DNA of 63,930 nucleotides, counting the filler, from Actinomycetota bacterium (GTDB lineage: Bacteria; Actinomycetota; CADDZG01; JAHWKV01; JAOPZY01): the NCBI GenBank assembly GCA_025963875.1. It is 7 parts of 7 records of this genome, joined end to end, with 100 filler letters (N's around TTAATTAATTAA, not from the genome) between each part and the next. Parts side by side here need not be neighbours in the genome. Positions count along the whole stretch, not along the records: positions 4,473 to 13,324 come from JAOPZY010000085.1; positions 13,425 to 26,483 come from JAOPZY010000095.1; 5 more parts are not named here. One strand, 5' to 3'. Positions within the stretch are counted from its first letter, which is position 1. Every line of letters starts with the position of its first letter. The notes below the pieces were generated by a model. That model saw only the letters and a list, made by a program, of their open reading frames with translations, made no database searches and was not told the origin of the DNA. Shown piece by piece: positions 8,922-18,610 of this stretch. A program made the position numbers and the translations under genes.

Positions 8922-11615
8922 ATGACAAGCGAGGTCGTAGCGTCCTTCGCGGCGCAGTACCCCTTCGAGTTCGACCCGTTCCAGGTCGAGGCTCTGGAGG
9001 CGCTCGGCCGGATGGAGTCCGTGCTCGTCGCTGCCCCGACCGGGTCGGGCAAGACGGTCGTCGCCGAGTTCGCGGTCTGGCTGGCCCTGCGGGAGGGCCG
9101 GAAGGTCTTCTACACCACGCCACTCAAGGCACTCTCCAACCAGAAGTTCAACGACCTGGTGACCCTCCACGGGGCTGCGAACGTCGGGCTGCTGACGGGG
9201 GACAACTCGATCAACCCCACGGCACCCGTCGTGGTGATGACAACCGAGGTCCTCCGCAACATGATCTACGAGCGCTCCGACCTCCTCGGGGACCTGCGCT
9301 ACGTCGTCCTCGACGAGGTGCACTACCTCCAGGACCCGTACCGGGGGGCGGTGTGGGAGGAGGTCATCATCCACCTGCCCCTCGACGTCGTGATCGTGTC
9401 GCTGTCGGCCACGGTGTCGAACGCCGAGGAGTTCGCCGACTGGATCCAGACCCTGCGGGGGCCCACCGCCGCCATCATCGAGGAGCGCCGGCCGGTGGTG
9501 CTGGAGCAGCACTACCTGATCGACGACCACCTCCTGCCGATGTTCGTCTCCGACGCCGGCGCCGGGGGGGAGATCGTCCCCAACCCGGAGATCCGCCGGC
9601 TCGAGGCCCGGCGTGAGAACCCCAAGATCCGCCGTTCCCCGGCGCGCAACGGCCACCGTCCCAGCCAGCGCCCCCACCGGCCCCGGCCGAACCGCTCCGA
9701 CGTCGTCGAGCTGCTCAGCGGCCAGAACCTGCTGCCGGCCATCTACTTCATCTTCTCCCGGAAGGGCTGCGACGCCGCCGTGGCCCAGTGCATGCGGGAG
9801 GGCCTCGTGCTGACCGATGCCTCGGAACGGGCGCGCATCCGGGAGTTCGCCGAGATGCGCTGCTCCCGGCTCGAGGACGAGGACCTCGCCGTGCTCGGCT
9901 ACCACGAGTGGCTGGAGGCCCTCGTCGCGGGGTTCGCACCCCATCACGCGGGCCATGTCCCGGTGTTCAAGGAGACGGTGGAGGAGCTGTTCCAGGCGGG
10001 GCTGGTCAAGGTGGTCTTCGCCACCGAGACCCTGTCGCTCGGGATCAACATGCCCGCCCGCACCGTCGTCATCGAGAGCCTCACCAAGTTCACCGGCGAG
10101 CGCCACGAGGTCATGACCCCGGGGGAGTTCACCCAGCTCACCGGCCGGGCGGGACGGCGCGGGATCGACGCCCTCGGCCACGCCGTCGTGCTGCGCCAGC
10201 CGGAGCTGCCGTTCGCCCAGATCGCGGGGCTGGCCTCGACCCGGACCTACCCCCTGGTCTCGTCGTTCCAGCCCTCCTACAACATGGCGACCAACCTGGT
10301 CCGCAACTACTCCCAGGAGGAGGCCGAGCACCTCCTCAACTCCTCCTTCGCCCAGTACCACGCCGACAAGGACGTGGTCGTGCTGGAGCGCCTCATCGAG
10401 CGCAACGACGTGTACCTCGCCTCGTACCGGGAGAAGATGGCCTGCGACCGGGGCGACTTCGAGGAGTACTGGCGCCTCCGGGACCGCTCCGCCCGGCTGG
10501 AGCGCTCCCTGTCCCGCTGGCAGCAGACCGAGGGCCGCGAGCAGACCCGATCGGTCCTCTCCGCCGCCCGGCCCGGCCAGGTGTACGTCGTGCCGGCGGG
10601 CAAGATGCGCGGGCCGATCGTCGTGGTCGGCGCGCAGCGGTCGAAGCGGGGAGAGCCGCGGCTGCTCGCCGTCACCCGCGAGCGCAAGCTCGTGCGGCTC
10701 ACCACCCGGGACTTCGCCCGGCCTCCGCGCCCCGTGGGCAACCTCCCGCTCGCCCCTCCCGGGGACCTGCGCCAGAAGACGCCGCCGTCGGTCGACCCCG
10801 AGATGCGCAAGCGGCTGGCCTCGGCCCTCGCGGCCCTCGATCTGCCGGACGAGGCGTGGGAGCCGGAGCCGCTGCCCGAGGAGCGCGAGGGCGGCGACCT
10901 CTCCCGCCTGCGTGTCAAGGTGCTGTCGCACCCCTGCCACCGGTGCCCCGACCTCGAGCTGCACTCGCAGTGGGCCGCCCGGGCGGCACGGCTGGCGAGC
11001 GAGAACGACCAGCTCCGCAAGCGGGTCCGTGGCCGCACCGAGACGCTCTCGCGCAAGTTCCACAGGGTGCTCGAGGTGCTGGAGGAGTTCGGGTACGTGT
11101 CGGGCTTCGAGCTGGCCCCGAAGGGATGGATGCTGGCGCGGCTGTACAACGAGTCGGACCTGCTGATCGCGGAGACGCTCGCGAACGGCTGGCTCGACGA
11201 CCTGCAGCCGGCCGAGCTGGCGGCCGTCGTGTCCACCTTCGTCTTCGAGAGCCGGGGGCCCTTCGAGGTGGTGGGGTCCCTCCCCACGACCAACAGCCGC
11301 AAGGCCTACGCCAGCATCACCCGCCAGCACGAGCGCATCCGGCGCCGGGAGCGCCGGTCGATGCTGGAGCTGACCCGGGCCACCGAGACGGGCTTCGCCG
11401 AGATCGCCTACCGGTGGTGCCGGGGGGCGGCCCTCGACGAGATCCTCGCCGAAGAGGACCTGACGGCGGGCGACTTCATCCGCAACTGCAAGCAGACGAT
11501 CGACCTGCTCCGCCAGCTCCGCGAGGCGGCGGAGGATCCGGACCTGCGGAAGGCCCTGGGCAAGGCGGTCGACGGCCTGAACCGCGGCGTCGTGGCCTAC
11601 GCCGGAGCCATTTGA
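8922..11615 (+). CDS. helY: Ski2-like DEAD/DEAH-box RNA helicase HelY
   Basis: APTGSGKT, KALSNQK, DEVH, SAT, QLTGRAGRRG, DSHCT-like GDFIR C-terminus; downstream of tatC as usual in Actinobacteria. Confidence 0.95.
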   Translation: MTSEVVASFAAQYPFEFDPFQVEALEALGRMESVLVAAPTGSGKTVVAEFAVWLALREGRKVFYTTPLKALSNQKFNDLVTLHGAANVGLLTGDNSINPTAPVVVMTTEVLRNMIYERSDLLGDLRYVVLDEVHYLQDPYRGAVWEEVIIHLPLDVVIVSLSATVSNAEEFADWIQTLRGPTAAIIEERRPVVLEQHYLIDDHLLPMFVSDAGAGGEIVPNPEIRRLEARRENPKIRRSPARNGHRPSQRPHRPRPNRSDVVELLSGQNLLPAIYFIFSRKGCDAAVAQCMREGLVLTDASERARIREFAEMRCSRLEDEDLAVLGYHEWLEALVAGFAPHHAGHVPVFKETVEELFQAGLVKVVFATETLSLGINMPARTVVIESLTKFTGERHEVMTPGEFTQLTGRAGRRGIDALGHAVVLRQPELPFAQIAGLASTRTYPLVSSFQPSYNMATNLVRNYSQEEAEHLLNSSFAQYHADKDVVVLERLIERNDVYLASYREKMACDRGDFEEYWRLRDRSARLERSLSRWQQTEGREQTRSVLSAARPGQVYVVPAGKMRGPIVVVGAQRSKRGEPRLLAVTRERKLVRLTTRDFARPPRPVGNLPLAPPGDLRQKTPPSVDPEMRKRLASALAALDLPDEAWEPEPLPEEREGGDLSRLRVKVLSHPCHRCPDLELHSQWAARAARLASENDQLRKRVRGRTETLSRKFHRVLEVLEEFGYVSGFELAPKGWMLARLYNESDLLIAETLANGWLDDLQPAELAAVVSTFVFESRGPFEVVGSLPTTNSRKAYASITRQHERIRRRERRSMLELTRATETGFAEIAYRWCRGAALDEILAEEDLTAGDFIRNCKQTIDLLRQLREAAEDPDLRKALGKAVDGLNRGVVAYAGAI

Positions 11616-11700
11616 CCCGGATCACCTGAAGCGCTTTCCTCCAAAACGTACGGAGTTCGCGGGTTTTCCAGGAGGCTTCGATAGCCGCCGCGGCTGAAGC

Positions 11701-11730
11701 TTTATCCGGCGCCTTGAGGGGCGCCTCGGG
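11701..11730 (-). repeat. 30-nt dispersed REP-like element, copy 1
   Basis: Reverse complement of CCCGAGGCGCCCCTCAAGGCGCCGGATAAA. Confidence 0.9.
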
Positions 11731-11748
11731 CGTAGTATCTGCCAACCT

Positions 11749-12663
11749 GTGGACGCCCCCTTCGGCAAGGCCTTCGTCATTCTCAACAAGCGCGCGGGCA
11801 AGGGGGCGCGCCGTCCCGAGGAGTTCGAGAAGGTCCTGGCCGGCGCCCAGCTGGACTTCGACCTGCACGTCACCGAGCGCCGGCATCACGCCGTCGAGCT
11901 CGCCCGCCAGGCAATCGACGACGGATGGACGTATCTGGTGGCGGTCGGCGGCGACGGCACGATCCACGAGGTCGTCAACGGGATGATGGGCGTCGACGGG
12001 CCCCGCAACCCGGAGGCGGTGCTCGGTGTCGTCTCGGCAGGGTCGGGGGCGGACTTCGCCCGGACCTTCGGGCTCCCCGACGACGTCGACCACGGCGTCC
12101 AGCACCTGACCGGCGACGGCTTGGTCGAGATCGACCTGGGAAGGGTGACCTTCACCACCGACGGGGGAGAGGCGGCAGAGTGGTTCCCCAACATCGCCGA
12201 GGCGGGCCTCGGCGCCGACGTCGCCAAGGTGGCCGAGCGCATGCCGAGGGGCATGGGGCGGAGCCGCTACCTCGCCGGCTTCTGGATCACGCTGGCACGC
12301 TTCAAGGGGACCGAGGGCACGGTGGTGTGCGACACCCGGACCTACGAGGGCCGGATCACGAACCTGGTCGTCGCCAACTGCCAGTTCTTCGGCGGGGGCA
12401 TGCACGTGGCCCCGAAGGCGACGCCGACCGACGGAAGGCTGGACGTGCTCATCCAGATCGGGACCAAGGCCGACTACGTGGCCGCCATCACCAAGGTGTT
12501 CAAGGGCAGGCACATCCCCTCGCCCGCCATCAAGGAGTACAAGGCGCGCCGCGTCGAGGTCACGACGAAGACCCCGCTGCGGGTGGAGGCCGACGGGGAG
12601 CTGCTGGGCATGACGCCGGCCACCTTCCAGCTCTACGAGAACGCCCTGCGGCTCAAGGTGTGA
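11749..12663 (+). CDS. Diacylglycerol kinase family (YegS/BmrU-like) lipid kinase
   Basis: NKRAG, AVGGDGTIHEVVNG, GSGADF, EADGE motifs. Confidence 0.95.
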   Translation: MDAPFGKAFVILNKRAGKGARRPEEFEKVLAGAQLDFDLHVTERRHHAVELARQAIDDGWTYLVAVGGDGTIHEVVNGMMGVDGPRNPEAVLGVVSAGSGADFARTFGLPDDVDHGVQHLTGDGLVEIDLGRVTFTTDGGEAAEWFPNIAEAGLGADVAKVAERMPRGMGRSRYLAGFWITLARFKGTEGTVVCDTRTYEGRITNLVVANCQFFGGGMHVAPKATPTDGRLDVLIQIGTKADYVAAITKVFKGRHIPSPAIKEYKARRVEVTTKTPLRVEADGELLGMTPATFQLYENALRLKV

Positions 12664-12752
12664 CGCCCCGGGCGGCTGCCCCGAGACCTTAGGAGCCCAG
12701 CGCGCGCCCGTGCGCGATAGACGACCAACTTCCACCCGGGCCTGGACCCCCC

Positions 12753-13055
12753 TCAGAACAGGGAGTGGACGAGGCCGCGGGCGATGGTGAAGGCCCCCAC
12801 GGCGACGAAGAGCACGACCAGCAGGATGATGGGGCCGACCCACCAGTCCATCTGGCGCTCGAGGGCGGTTGCCTCGCCCTCCTCCGCCCGGTAGAGCGCA
12901 ACGCTGCGCCCGCTGTCGGGATCACGGACCACGGCGTGGTCGGCGGCGCCGTCGTCGATGGAGGAGGCCCCCACCAGCAGATCGGCGACCTCCTGGGGGT
13001 TGAGCCGCAGGGTGACCTCCTCCAGCGGGCGGCCACGGTCGTCGGTGATGTCCAC
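12753..13055 (-). CDS. Hypothetical small protein with C-terminal TM helix
   Basis: 100 aa, good codon bias, hydrophobic C-terminus. Confidence 0.7.
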   Translation of the reverse strand: MDITDDRGRPLEEVTLRLNPQEVADLLVGASSIDDGAADHAVVRDPDSGRSVALYRAEEGEATALERQMDWWVGPIILLVVLFVAVGAFTIARGLVHSLF

Positions 13056-13091
13056 GGCTCGATTGTACGGGCGGTAGCATTGCTGCTCGTC

Positions 13092-13324
13092 ATGCGGGAC
13101 ACGGTCAGGCTGCGCCCCGTTGCGCCCGGCGACGAGCCGTTCCTGCGTGCGTTGTACGGCTCGACCCGGGAGCGGGAACTGGCGCCGCTCGGCTGGACCC
13201 AGCTCCAGGTGGACGCGTTCCTCGACATGCAGTTCCGGGCACGGCAGCTGCAGTACCGGTCGCAGTTCCCCGGCGCCGCCGACTGCCTCGTCCTCGTCGG
13301 AGGCGCTCCGGCGGGACGCCTCTA
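13092..13324 (+). CDS. GNAT acetyltransferase, N-terminal part (contig-truncated)
   Basis: LRPVAPGDEPFLRALYGSTR..FLDMQFRARQ..Y..GRL pattern. Confidence 0.85.
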
Positions 13325-13424
13325 NNNNNNNNNNNNNNNNNNNNNNNNNNNNNNNNNNNNNNNNNNNNTTAATTAATTAANNNNNNNNNNNNNNNNNNNN
13401 NNNNNNNNNNNNNNNNNNNNNNNN
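13325..13424. other. Artificial contig linker
   Basis: N-TTAATTAATTAA-N. Confidence 0.99.
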
Positions 13425-14087
13425 TGGCTGCACGTCGACGCCGCCTACGGCGGGGCGGCCGCCGCCGTGCCGGAGCTGCGGTGGATCCTGCGGGGGGCAG
13501 AACGAGCCGACTCCCTGGTGGTGAACCCCCACAAGTGGCTCTTCGTCCCGATCGATTGCAGCGTGCTCTACCTGCGGGATCCTGAGGCAACCCGCGAGGC
13601 ATTCTCCGTCGTTCCCGACTACCTCCGGAGCACGGAAGGCGTGCCGAACCTCATGGACTACGGCATCGCACTCGGCCGACGGTTCCGGGCGCTCAAGCTC
13701 TGGATGGTGCTGCGGTCGATGGGCACCGAGGGCATCGTCGCGGCGCTGCGGGAGCACCTGCGGCTGGCGAGGCTCCTGGCCTCCTGGGTCGCCGCCGAGC
13801 CGGACTTCGAGTTGGCCGCCCCGGTACCGCTGTCGGTGGTGAACTTCCGCTTCACCCCGCCAGGCGTCGGGGGCGAGGACCTCGACAAGCTGAACGAGTC
13901 GCTGGCGGAGGCCGTCAACGCCACCGGCGAGGCGTTGCTCAGCTCGACCAGGATCGGGGGCCGGACGGCCCTGCATGCCGCCATCGGCAACCTGGGCACG
14001 AACGAGGCCGACGTCGCAGCCCTCTGGGACCTGGTGAAGCGCCTGGGCCGGGGAAACGAGGGAGACAATTCCATGGGTTCGAGCTGA
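13425..14087 (+). CDS. PLP-dependent aromatic amino acid decarboxylase family, C-terminal part
   Basis: WLHVDAAYGG, NPHKW (PLP lysine), GRRFRALKLW. Confidence 0.95.
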   Translation, partial: WLHVDAAYGGAAAAVPELRWILRGAERADSLVVNPHKWLFVPIDCSVLYLRDPEATREAFSVVPDYLRSTEGVPNLMDYGIALGRRFRALKLWMVLRSMGTEGIVAALREHLRLARLLASWVAAEPDFELAAPVPLSVVNFRFTPPGVGGEDLDKLNESLAEAVNATGEALLSSTRIGGRTALHAAIGNLGTNEADVAALWDLVKRLGRGNEGDNSMGSS

Positions 14088-14101
14088 GAGGTTGTGCCGG
14101 T

Positions 14102-14146
14102 AGTTTCCGTCAAAAAGTGTGCTCACCGCCCTTTTTGACGGAAACT
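14102..14146. terminator. Perfect 16-bp inverted repeat between convergent genes
   Basis: AGTTTCCGTCAAAAAG-N13-CTTTTTGACGGAAACT between stops at 14087 and 14162. Confidence 0.65.
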
Positions 14147-14161
14147 GGGACCGGCAGCCGG

Positions 14162-15055
14162 CTAACCCGACGGGGGCTGGACCTGGAACCACTTCTGGAA
14201 CAGCAGGGCGTAGGTGCCGTCCCTCCGCATGTCGCCCAGCACCCGGTTGATCACCTCCCGGAGCTTGGGGTTCGACTTGGCGACCGCGATGGCGTAGGCG
14301 TCCCCCGTCTTGTAGATCTGCACCATCTGCAGGCCCGGGACCGCCTGGACGAGACGGTCCGAGGTCTGGACGTCCGCCATCACGGCCCCCAGGCGCCCCA
14401 CGGAGAGATCGGTGAAGGCCGGCGAGATGTCGGAAAAGGTCCGGATGGAGAACAGGTTGGGCTGCGTCCGCAGCGTGGCCCGAGCACACGACTCGGCGAA
14501 CGAGCCCGCCGGCACACCGACCACCTTGCCGGACAGGGCTTGCAGCCCGCTGAAGCCCCTCGCCTCCCCGACGCCGACGGTCAATGCCAGGTTCGCCCCG
14601 TAGTAGGGGTCGGTGAAGTCCACGACGGACCGGCGGTCGGAACGAATGCTGAGGGCGGAGATAGCGATGTCCGCCCTGCCCTGCGCCACGTCGTTGAGGA
14701 TGGAGGACGGGGTGGCCGTCTGGATCTCTGGCCGCAGCCCGAGACGGCGGGACACCTCGGCGATGAGGTCGATGTCGAAGCCGACGGGATGGCCGCCCTG
14801 CAGGCTCTCGAACGGCGGCCTGGAGGTCACCGACGCCGCAACGAGGATCCCGGGCTGGGCGATGGTGTAGTCGCCGGGAGATGCAAGATGGGGGCCCGAC
14901 CCCTGGTCGACGACACAGCCGGCCAGCACCGCCGTCGGCGCCGTGGTGGGGTTCGGGGGTCCCTGGACGGTGGGAGCGGGCTCGCTGTGGCAGGCAGCGG
15001 CACCGAGCGCCAGGGCGACGGCAAGGCCCAAGCGAACCACCCTGCGTCCTGCCAT
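14162..15055 (-). CDS. Polar amino acid ABC transporter substrate-binding lipoprotein (family 3)
   Basis: Lipobox LGAAAC; PPFE, GFDIDL, VDFTDPYY, DGTYALLFQKWF. Confidence 0.92.
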   Translation of the reverse strand: MAGRRVVRLGLAVALALGAAACHSEPAPTVQGPPNPTTAPTAVLAGCVVDQGSGPHLASPGDYTIAQPGILVAASVTSRPPFESLQGGHPVGFDIDLIAEVSRRLGLRPEIQTATPSSILNDVAQGRADIAISALSIRSDRRSVVDFTDPYYGANLALTVGVGEARGFSGLQALSGKVVGVPAGSFAESCARATLRTQPNLFSIRTFSDISPAFTDLSVGRLGAVMADVQTSDRLVQAVPGLQMVQIYKTGDAYAIAVAKSNPKLREVINRVLGDMRRDGTYALLFQKWFQVQPPSG

Positions 15056-15094
15056 CGGGGCATGGTACCTGCCTGGTAGGCTGCCAAACCGGCC

Positions 15095-16375
15095 ATGCGC
15101 ATCTACAACACCCTGACGCACGACACCGATCCCCTGCCGCCTGCCCCGGGGCCGATCCGCATGTACTTCTGTGGCCCGACTGTCTACCGGCGGGTGCACA
15201 TCGGCAACGCCCGCCCCTTCGTGATCTCGGCCTGGCTCCGGCGCTGGCTCAGGGAAACCGGCTACGACGTGACGCTCGTCGAGAACATCACCGACGTGAA
15301 CGACAAGATCTACGAGGCGGCACCCGGACACAGCGCCGAGCTGGCCGCCCGGGCAGCTGCCTGGTACATCGAGGACACCGACCGCCTCGGCCTCGGCAGG
15401 CCGGACTTCGAGCCGAGAGCCACCGAGACCGTCGGCCAGCAGATCGCACTCATCGAGGAGCTCTTCGGTAGGGGGCTTGCCTACGAGGCGGAAGGGGATG
15501 TCTACTTCCGGGTCGGCAAGTTCCCCGAGTACGGGCGGCTCTCGGGGCAGCGCCCCGACCAGGTCCAGGAGCAGGAGCCCAACGCCCGAAAGGAGGACCC
15601 CCGGGACTTTGCGCTCTGGAAGGGCCACAAGCCCGGCGAGGACACCTGGTGGGACTCGCCCTGGGGGCGGGGGCGCCCCGGTTGGCACATCGAGTGCTCC
15701 GCGATGGCCGAGATGTTCCTCGGTCCGGTGTTCGAGATCCACGGCGGGGGCCTCGACCTGATATTCCCGCATCACGAGAACGAGCTTGCGCAGTCCCGGG
15801 GGGCCGGGCGTGAGTTCGCCAAGATCTGGATGCACAACGGCATGCTCGAGATGGGCGGCGCCGACATGCACAAGTCGCTGGGCAACGACGTGTCGCTGCA
15901 CGCCGCCCTCAACGCCTGGGGTCCGGAGACACTCCTCCTATTCTTCATGGGCGCCCACTGGCACAGTTCGATCGACTTCTCCGACAGCGCGCTCGAGTCG
16001 GCGCGTGCGCAGGCCGGCCGGTTCCGGGAGGCATTCGGAGGGCCAGGGGTCGCCGCCCCCGAAGGGGAGTGGGAGCAGCTTGTGGCGGTCCTCGACGACG
16101 ACTTCAACACCGCCGAGGCCCTCGCCCTGCTGCACAAGTGGCGCTCTGCGGGCTACCTCGACCTGCTCCGCCGGGCGCTGGCCGTCTTCGGGCTGGAGTC
16201 GCTGACCCTGCAGCGCGAGGCCCCGCCCGACGTGGTGGCGCTGGCGGAACGGCGCCAGGCCGCCCGCGTGGCCAAGGACTTCGCGCAGTCGGACCGCCTG
16301 CGGGCCGAGATCGATGAGGCCGGCTGGGAGGTCCGGGACACGGCGGGGGCCTTCAGGCTGGTGCCCCGGGAGTAG
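15095..16375 (+). CDS. cysS: Cysteine--tRNA ligase
   Basis: CGPTVY, HIGN, DFALWK, GRPGWHIECSAM, IHGGGLDLIFPHHENE, DDFNT; KMSKS reads DMHKS. Confidence 0.97.
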   Translation: MRIYNTLTHDTDPLPPAPGPIRMYFCGPTVYRRVHIGNARPFVISAWLRRWLRETGYDVTLVENITDVNDKIYEAAPGHSAELAARAAAWYIEDTDRLGLGRPDFEPRATETVGQQIALIEELFGRGLAYEAEGDVYFRVGKFPEYGRLSGQRPDQVQEQEPNARKEDPRDFALWKGHKPGEDTWWDSPWGRGRPGWHIECSAMAEMFLGPVFEIHGGGLDLIFPHHENELAQSRGAGREFAKIWMHNGMLEMGGADMHKSLGNDVSLHAALNAWGPETLLLFFMGAHWHSSIDFSDSALESARAQAGRFREAFGGPGVAAPEGEWEQLVAVLDDDFNTAEALALLHKWRSAGYLDLLRRALAVFGLESLTLQREAPPDVVALAERRQAARVAKDFAQSDRLRAEIDEAGWEVRDTAGAFRLVPRE

Positions 16376-16384
16376 TCAGCTCCC

Positions 16385-17644
16385 TCAGGGGAGGACGCGG
16401 AGGATCAGCACCGCCGTGTCGTCGTCGCCGCCTTCGGGCGTCTGCGGAAGCGCCTCCTCGATCTGACAGAGCGTCTCGACCGCCGATGCCTCATCGCTGC
16501 ACGCCAGGGCCGATCGCAGCGCCCGCTCACCCAGCCGGGGGTCGACGCCTCGGCGCTCGACCAGACCGTCGGTGTACATGAGCAGCAGGTCGCCCGGGTC
16601 GAGTTCGATCACGGACTGCGCGCAGTCGACGCCCGGGAACACGCCGAGCAACAGACCCGCCTGCCCCACCGCCTCCACCTTGCCGCCGGCCCGGCGCACA
16701 AGGGGAAGGGGATGGCCGCCGGAGCTCATGGTGATCTCGACGCCGTCGGGAGACGGACGCACCTCCAGGTAGCACAGCGTCAGGAAGTTGTCGCCCAGGC
16801 CCTCCCGCACCAGCGAGTGGTTGAGCTCCGCGAGCACCTCGCCCGGGCGCATGCCTGCCTCGGCCAGGGCGCGCAGCCGGTTGCGAACCGAGCTCATGAG
16901 CACGGCAGCCTCGGCGCCGCGCCCGCACACGTCACCGATCGCCATGAGCCAGGTGTCCGGCCGGATCTCGAACACGTCGTAGAAGTCGCCGCCGATCTCG
17001 AGGACATCGCCCGCGGGGCGGTACAGCGCCGCAAGGTCCAGCCCGGCGATGTCCGGGAGCGGAGGGGGGAGGACGCTGAGCTGCAACGCGGCGCCCAGGC
17101 GCTCGACCTGAGCCTTCGCCTCGGCAACCTTCCGGGCCGACAGGCGAAGCTCCAGCTCGTCGACGACGATCGCCGCGAGGTCCTGCAGGGTGGCCACCTC
17201 GTCGTCGGTGATGTCACGTGCGTCGGTGTCGATGACGTTCAGCGTTCCGAGGCGGTAGCCGTCGCTGGTGATGAGCGGGGCGGCCGCATAGAAGCGCAGG
17301 CCCAGGTCGCCGGCGACGAGTGGGTTGGAGATCGTGCGGGGGTCGATCGCCGCGTCCGTGATGATCGTGGGGTCGTCCCTCAGGATTGCCGAGGCGCAGA
17401 GGCCGGGCACCCGGTCGATCTGATCCGCGTCCAGCCCGTGGCGGGCCTTGAACCAGATGCGGTCCTCGTCGACGATCGTGACCGTGGCGATGGGGGTGCG
17501 GAGGATCCGGGCCGCCAGGGTGGCGATGCGGTCGAAGGCACCGTCCGGCGGCGTGTCGAGCACGGCGTAGCGCCGGACCGCGTCGAGACGTCGCTCCTCA
17601 TCCGGGGGGATGAGCTCTGGATGCTCGGACGCCGTGACGACCAT
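16385..17644 (-). CDS. GAF + PP2C/SpoIIE phosphatase
   Basis: GAF (VLDTPPDGAFDRI..RFYAAAPL) then GGDFYD, GDVCGRG, YTDGLVE, DDTA; alternative start 17659. Confidence 0.95.
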   Translation of the reverse strand: MVVTASEHPELIPPDEERRLDAVRRYAVLDTPPDGAFDRIATLAARILRTPIATVTIVDEDRIWFKARHGLDADQIDRVPGLCASAILRDDPTIITDAAIDPRTISNPLVAGDLGLRFYAAAPLITSDGYRLGTLNVIDTDARDITDDEVATLQDLAAIVVDELELRLSARKVAEAKAQVERLGAALQLSVLPPPLPDIAGLDLAALYRPAGDVLEIGGDFYDVFEIRPDTWLMAIGDVCGRGAEAAVLMSSVRNRLRALAEAGMRPGEVLAELNHSLVREGLGDNFLTLCYLEVRPSPDGVEITMSSGGHPLPLVRRAGGKVEAVGQAGLLLGVFPGVDCAQSVIELDPGDLLLMYTDGLVERRGVDPRLGERALRSALACSDEASAVETLCQIEEALPQTPEGGDDDTAVLILRVLP

Positions 17645-17646
17645 GC

Positions 17647-18237
17647 TCAGGTGAGCCACCGCCCGTTCCAGACGTCCCCGTCGAGCAGACGCTCGGACAC
17701 CTTCCGCATGGGCATACCCCGTTCCATCGAGATGCGCTGGATCAGCCGGAAGGAGTCCTCCTCGGACAGCCCGTGACGGTCCCGCAGCACGCCCTTGGCC
17801 CGCTCCACCAGCTTGCGGGTCTCGAGGCGCTCGGTGAGGTTCTTGGATTCGTTGGCCAGCACCCGAGCCTCGTTCCAGCGCTGGACCGCCACCTCGATGG
17901 CGGGCACGAGGTCGGCCTTGTCGAACGGCTTCACGAGGTAGGCCATCACCCCGGCCCGGGTTGCCCTGGCGACCTTGTCCCGGTGGCTGAAGGCGGTCAG
18001 GATCAGGACGGCGGCAAGCTCCTGCTCGACGATGTGCTCGGCGGCGGTCAGACCGTCGGTCTCGGGCATGACGATGTCGAGGATCACGAGGTCCGGCCGG
18101 AGCTGCTCGGCGAGGCGCATTGCCTCGTCGCCGTCGGCGGCCTCGCCGACGACCTCGTAGCCCTCCTCCTCCAGCATCTCCCGGAGGTCCATGCGGATGA
18201 TGGCCTCATCCTCGGCGATGACGATGCGAGCGGTCAT
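17647..18237 (-). CDS. REC-ANTAR response regulator (PdtaR-like)
   Basis: AEDEAIIRMDLREMLEEEGY receiver; LETRKLVERAKG ANTAR domain. Confidence 0.93.
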   Translation of the reverse strand: MTARIVIAEDEAIIRMDLREMLEEEGYEVVGEAADGDEAMRLAEQLRPDLVILDIVMPETDGLTAAEHIVEQELAAVLILTAFSHRDKVARATRAGVMAYLVKPFDKADLVPAIEVAVQRWNEARVLANESKNLTERLETRKLVERAKGVLRDRHGLSEEDSFRLIQRISMERGMPMRKVSERLLDGDVWNGRWLT

Positions 18238-18593
18238 GAACGTCGGCTCCCCTTCGCCGGGCGGGCCTCGGCGCTGTCGATGTCTTCGAAGAGACGCTCG
18301 AGGAGGCGGTCCCGCTCCTCGCTGAGCTCGGCAATCGTGCCTCCGGTCTTCTCCTCGTGGCGCTTGAGGCGCTCCAGGTCGTCCCGGGCCTCCCGGAACT
18401 CGCGGTCGGCGAGCGGGGTTCCCGATACGACCATCCGCACCTGGGCGTCGTCGGCGACCCCCGACTGAAAGGCGACCTGCTCCCGGGCGACAGCCAGTTC
18501 CTGCTGGGCCCGGGCAAGCTTGGCGGCAAGTTCGTCGAGCTGTTCGCGGATGCGCACCGACGGATCTCCCCCGCTCGTTTGGGCCCCCACCAT
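18234..18593 (-). CDS. Hypothetical coiled-coil protein
   Basis: 119 aa helical, ADDAQVRMVVSGTPLADRE; ATGA overlap with the regulator. Confidence 0.8.
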   Translation of the reverse strand: MVGAQTSGGDPSVRIREQLDELAAKLARAQQELAVAREQVAFQSGVADDAQVRMVVSGTPLADREFREARDDLERLKRHEEKTGGTIAELSEERDRLLERLFEDIDSAEARPAKGSRRS

Positions 18594-18610
18594 CGGGTGG
18601 GGAACGGAGA

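Noticed and set aside
8019..11330. 1103-aa minus-strand ORF
   Set aside because: Antisense shadow of helY caused by high GC3; no motifs.
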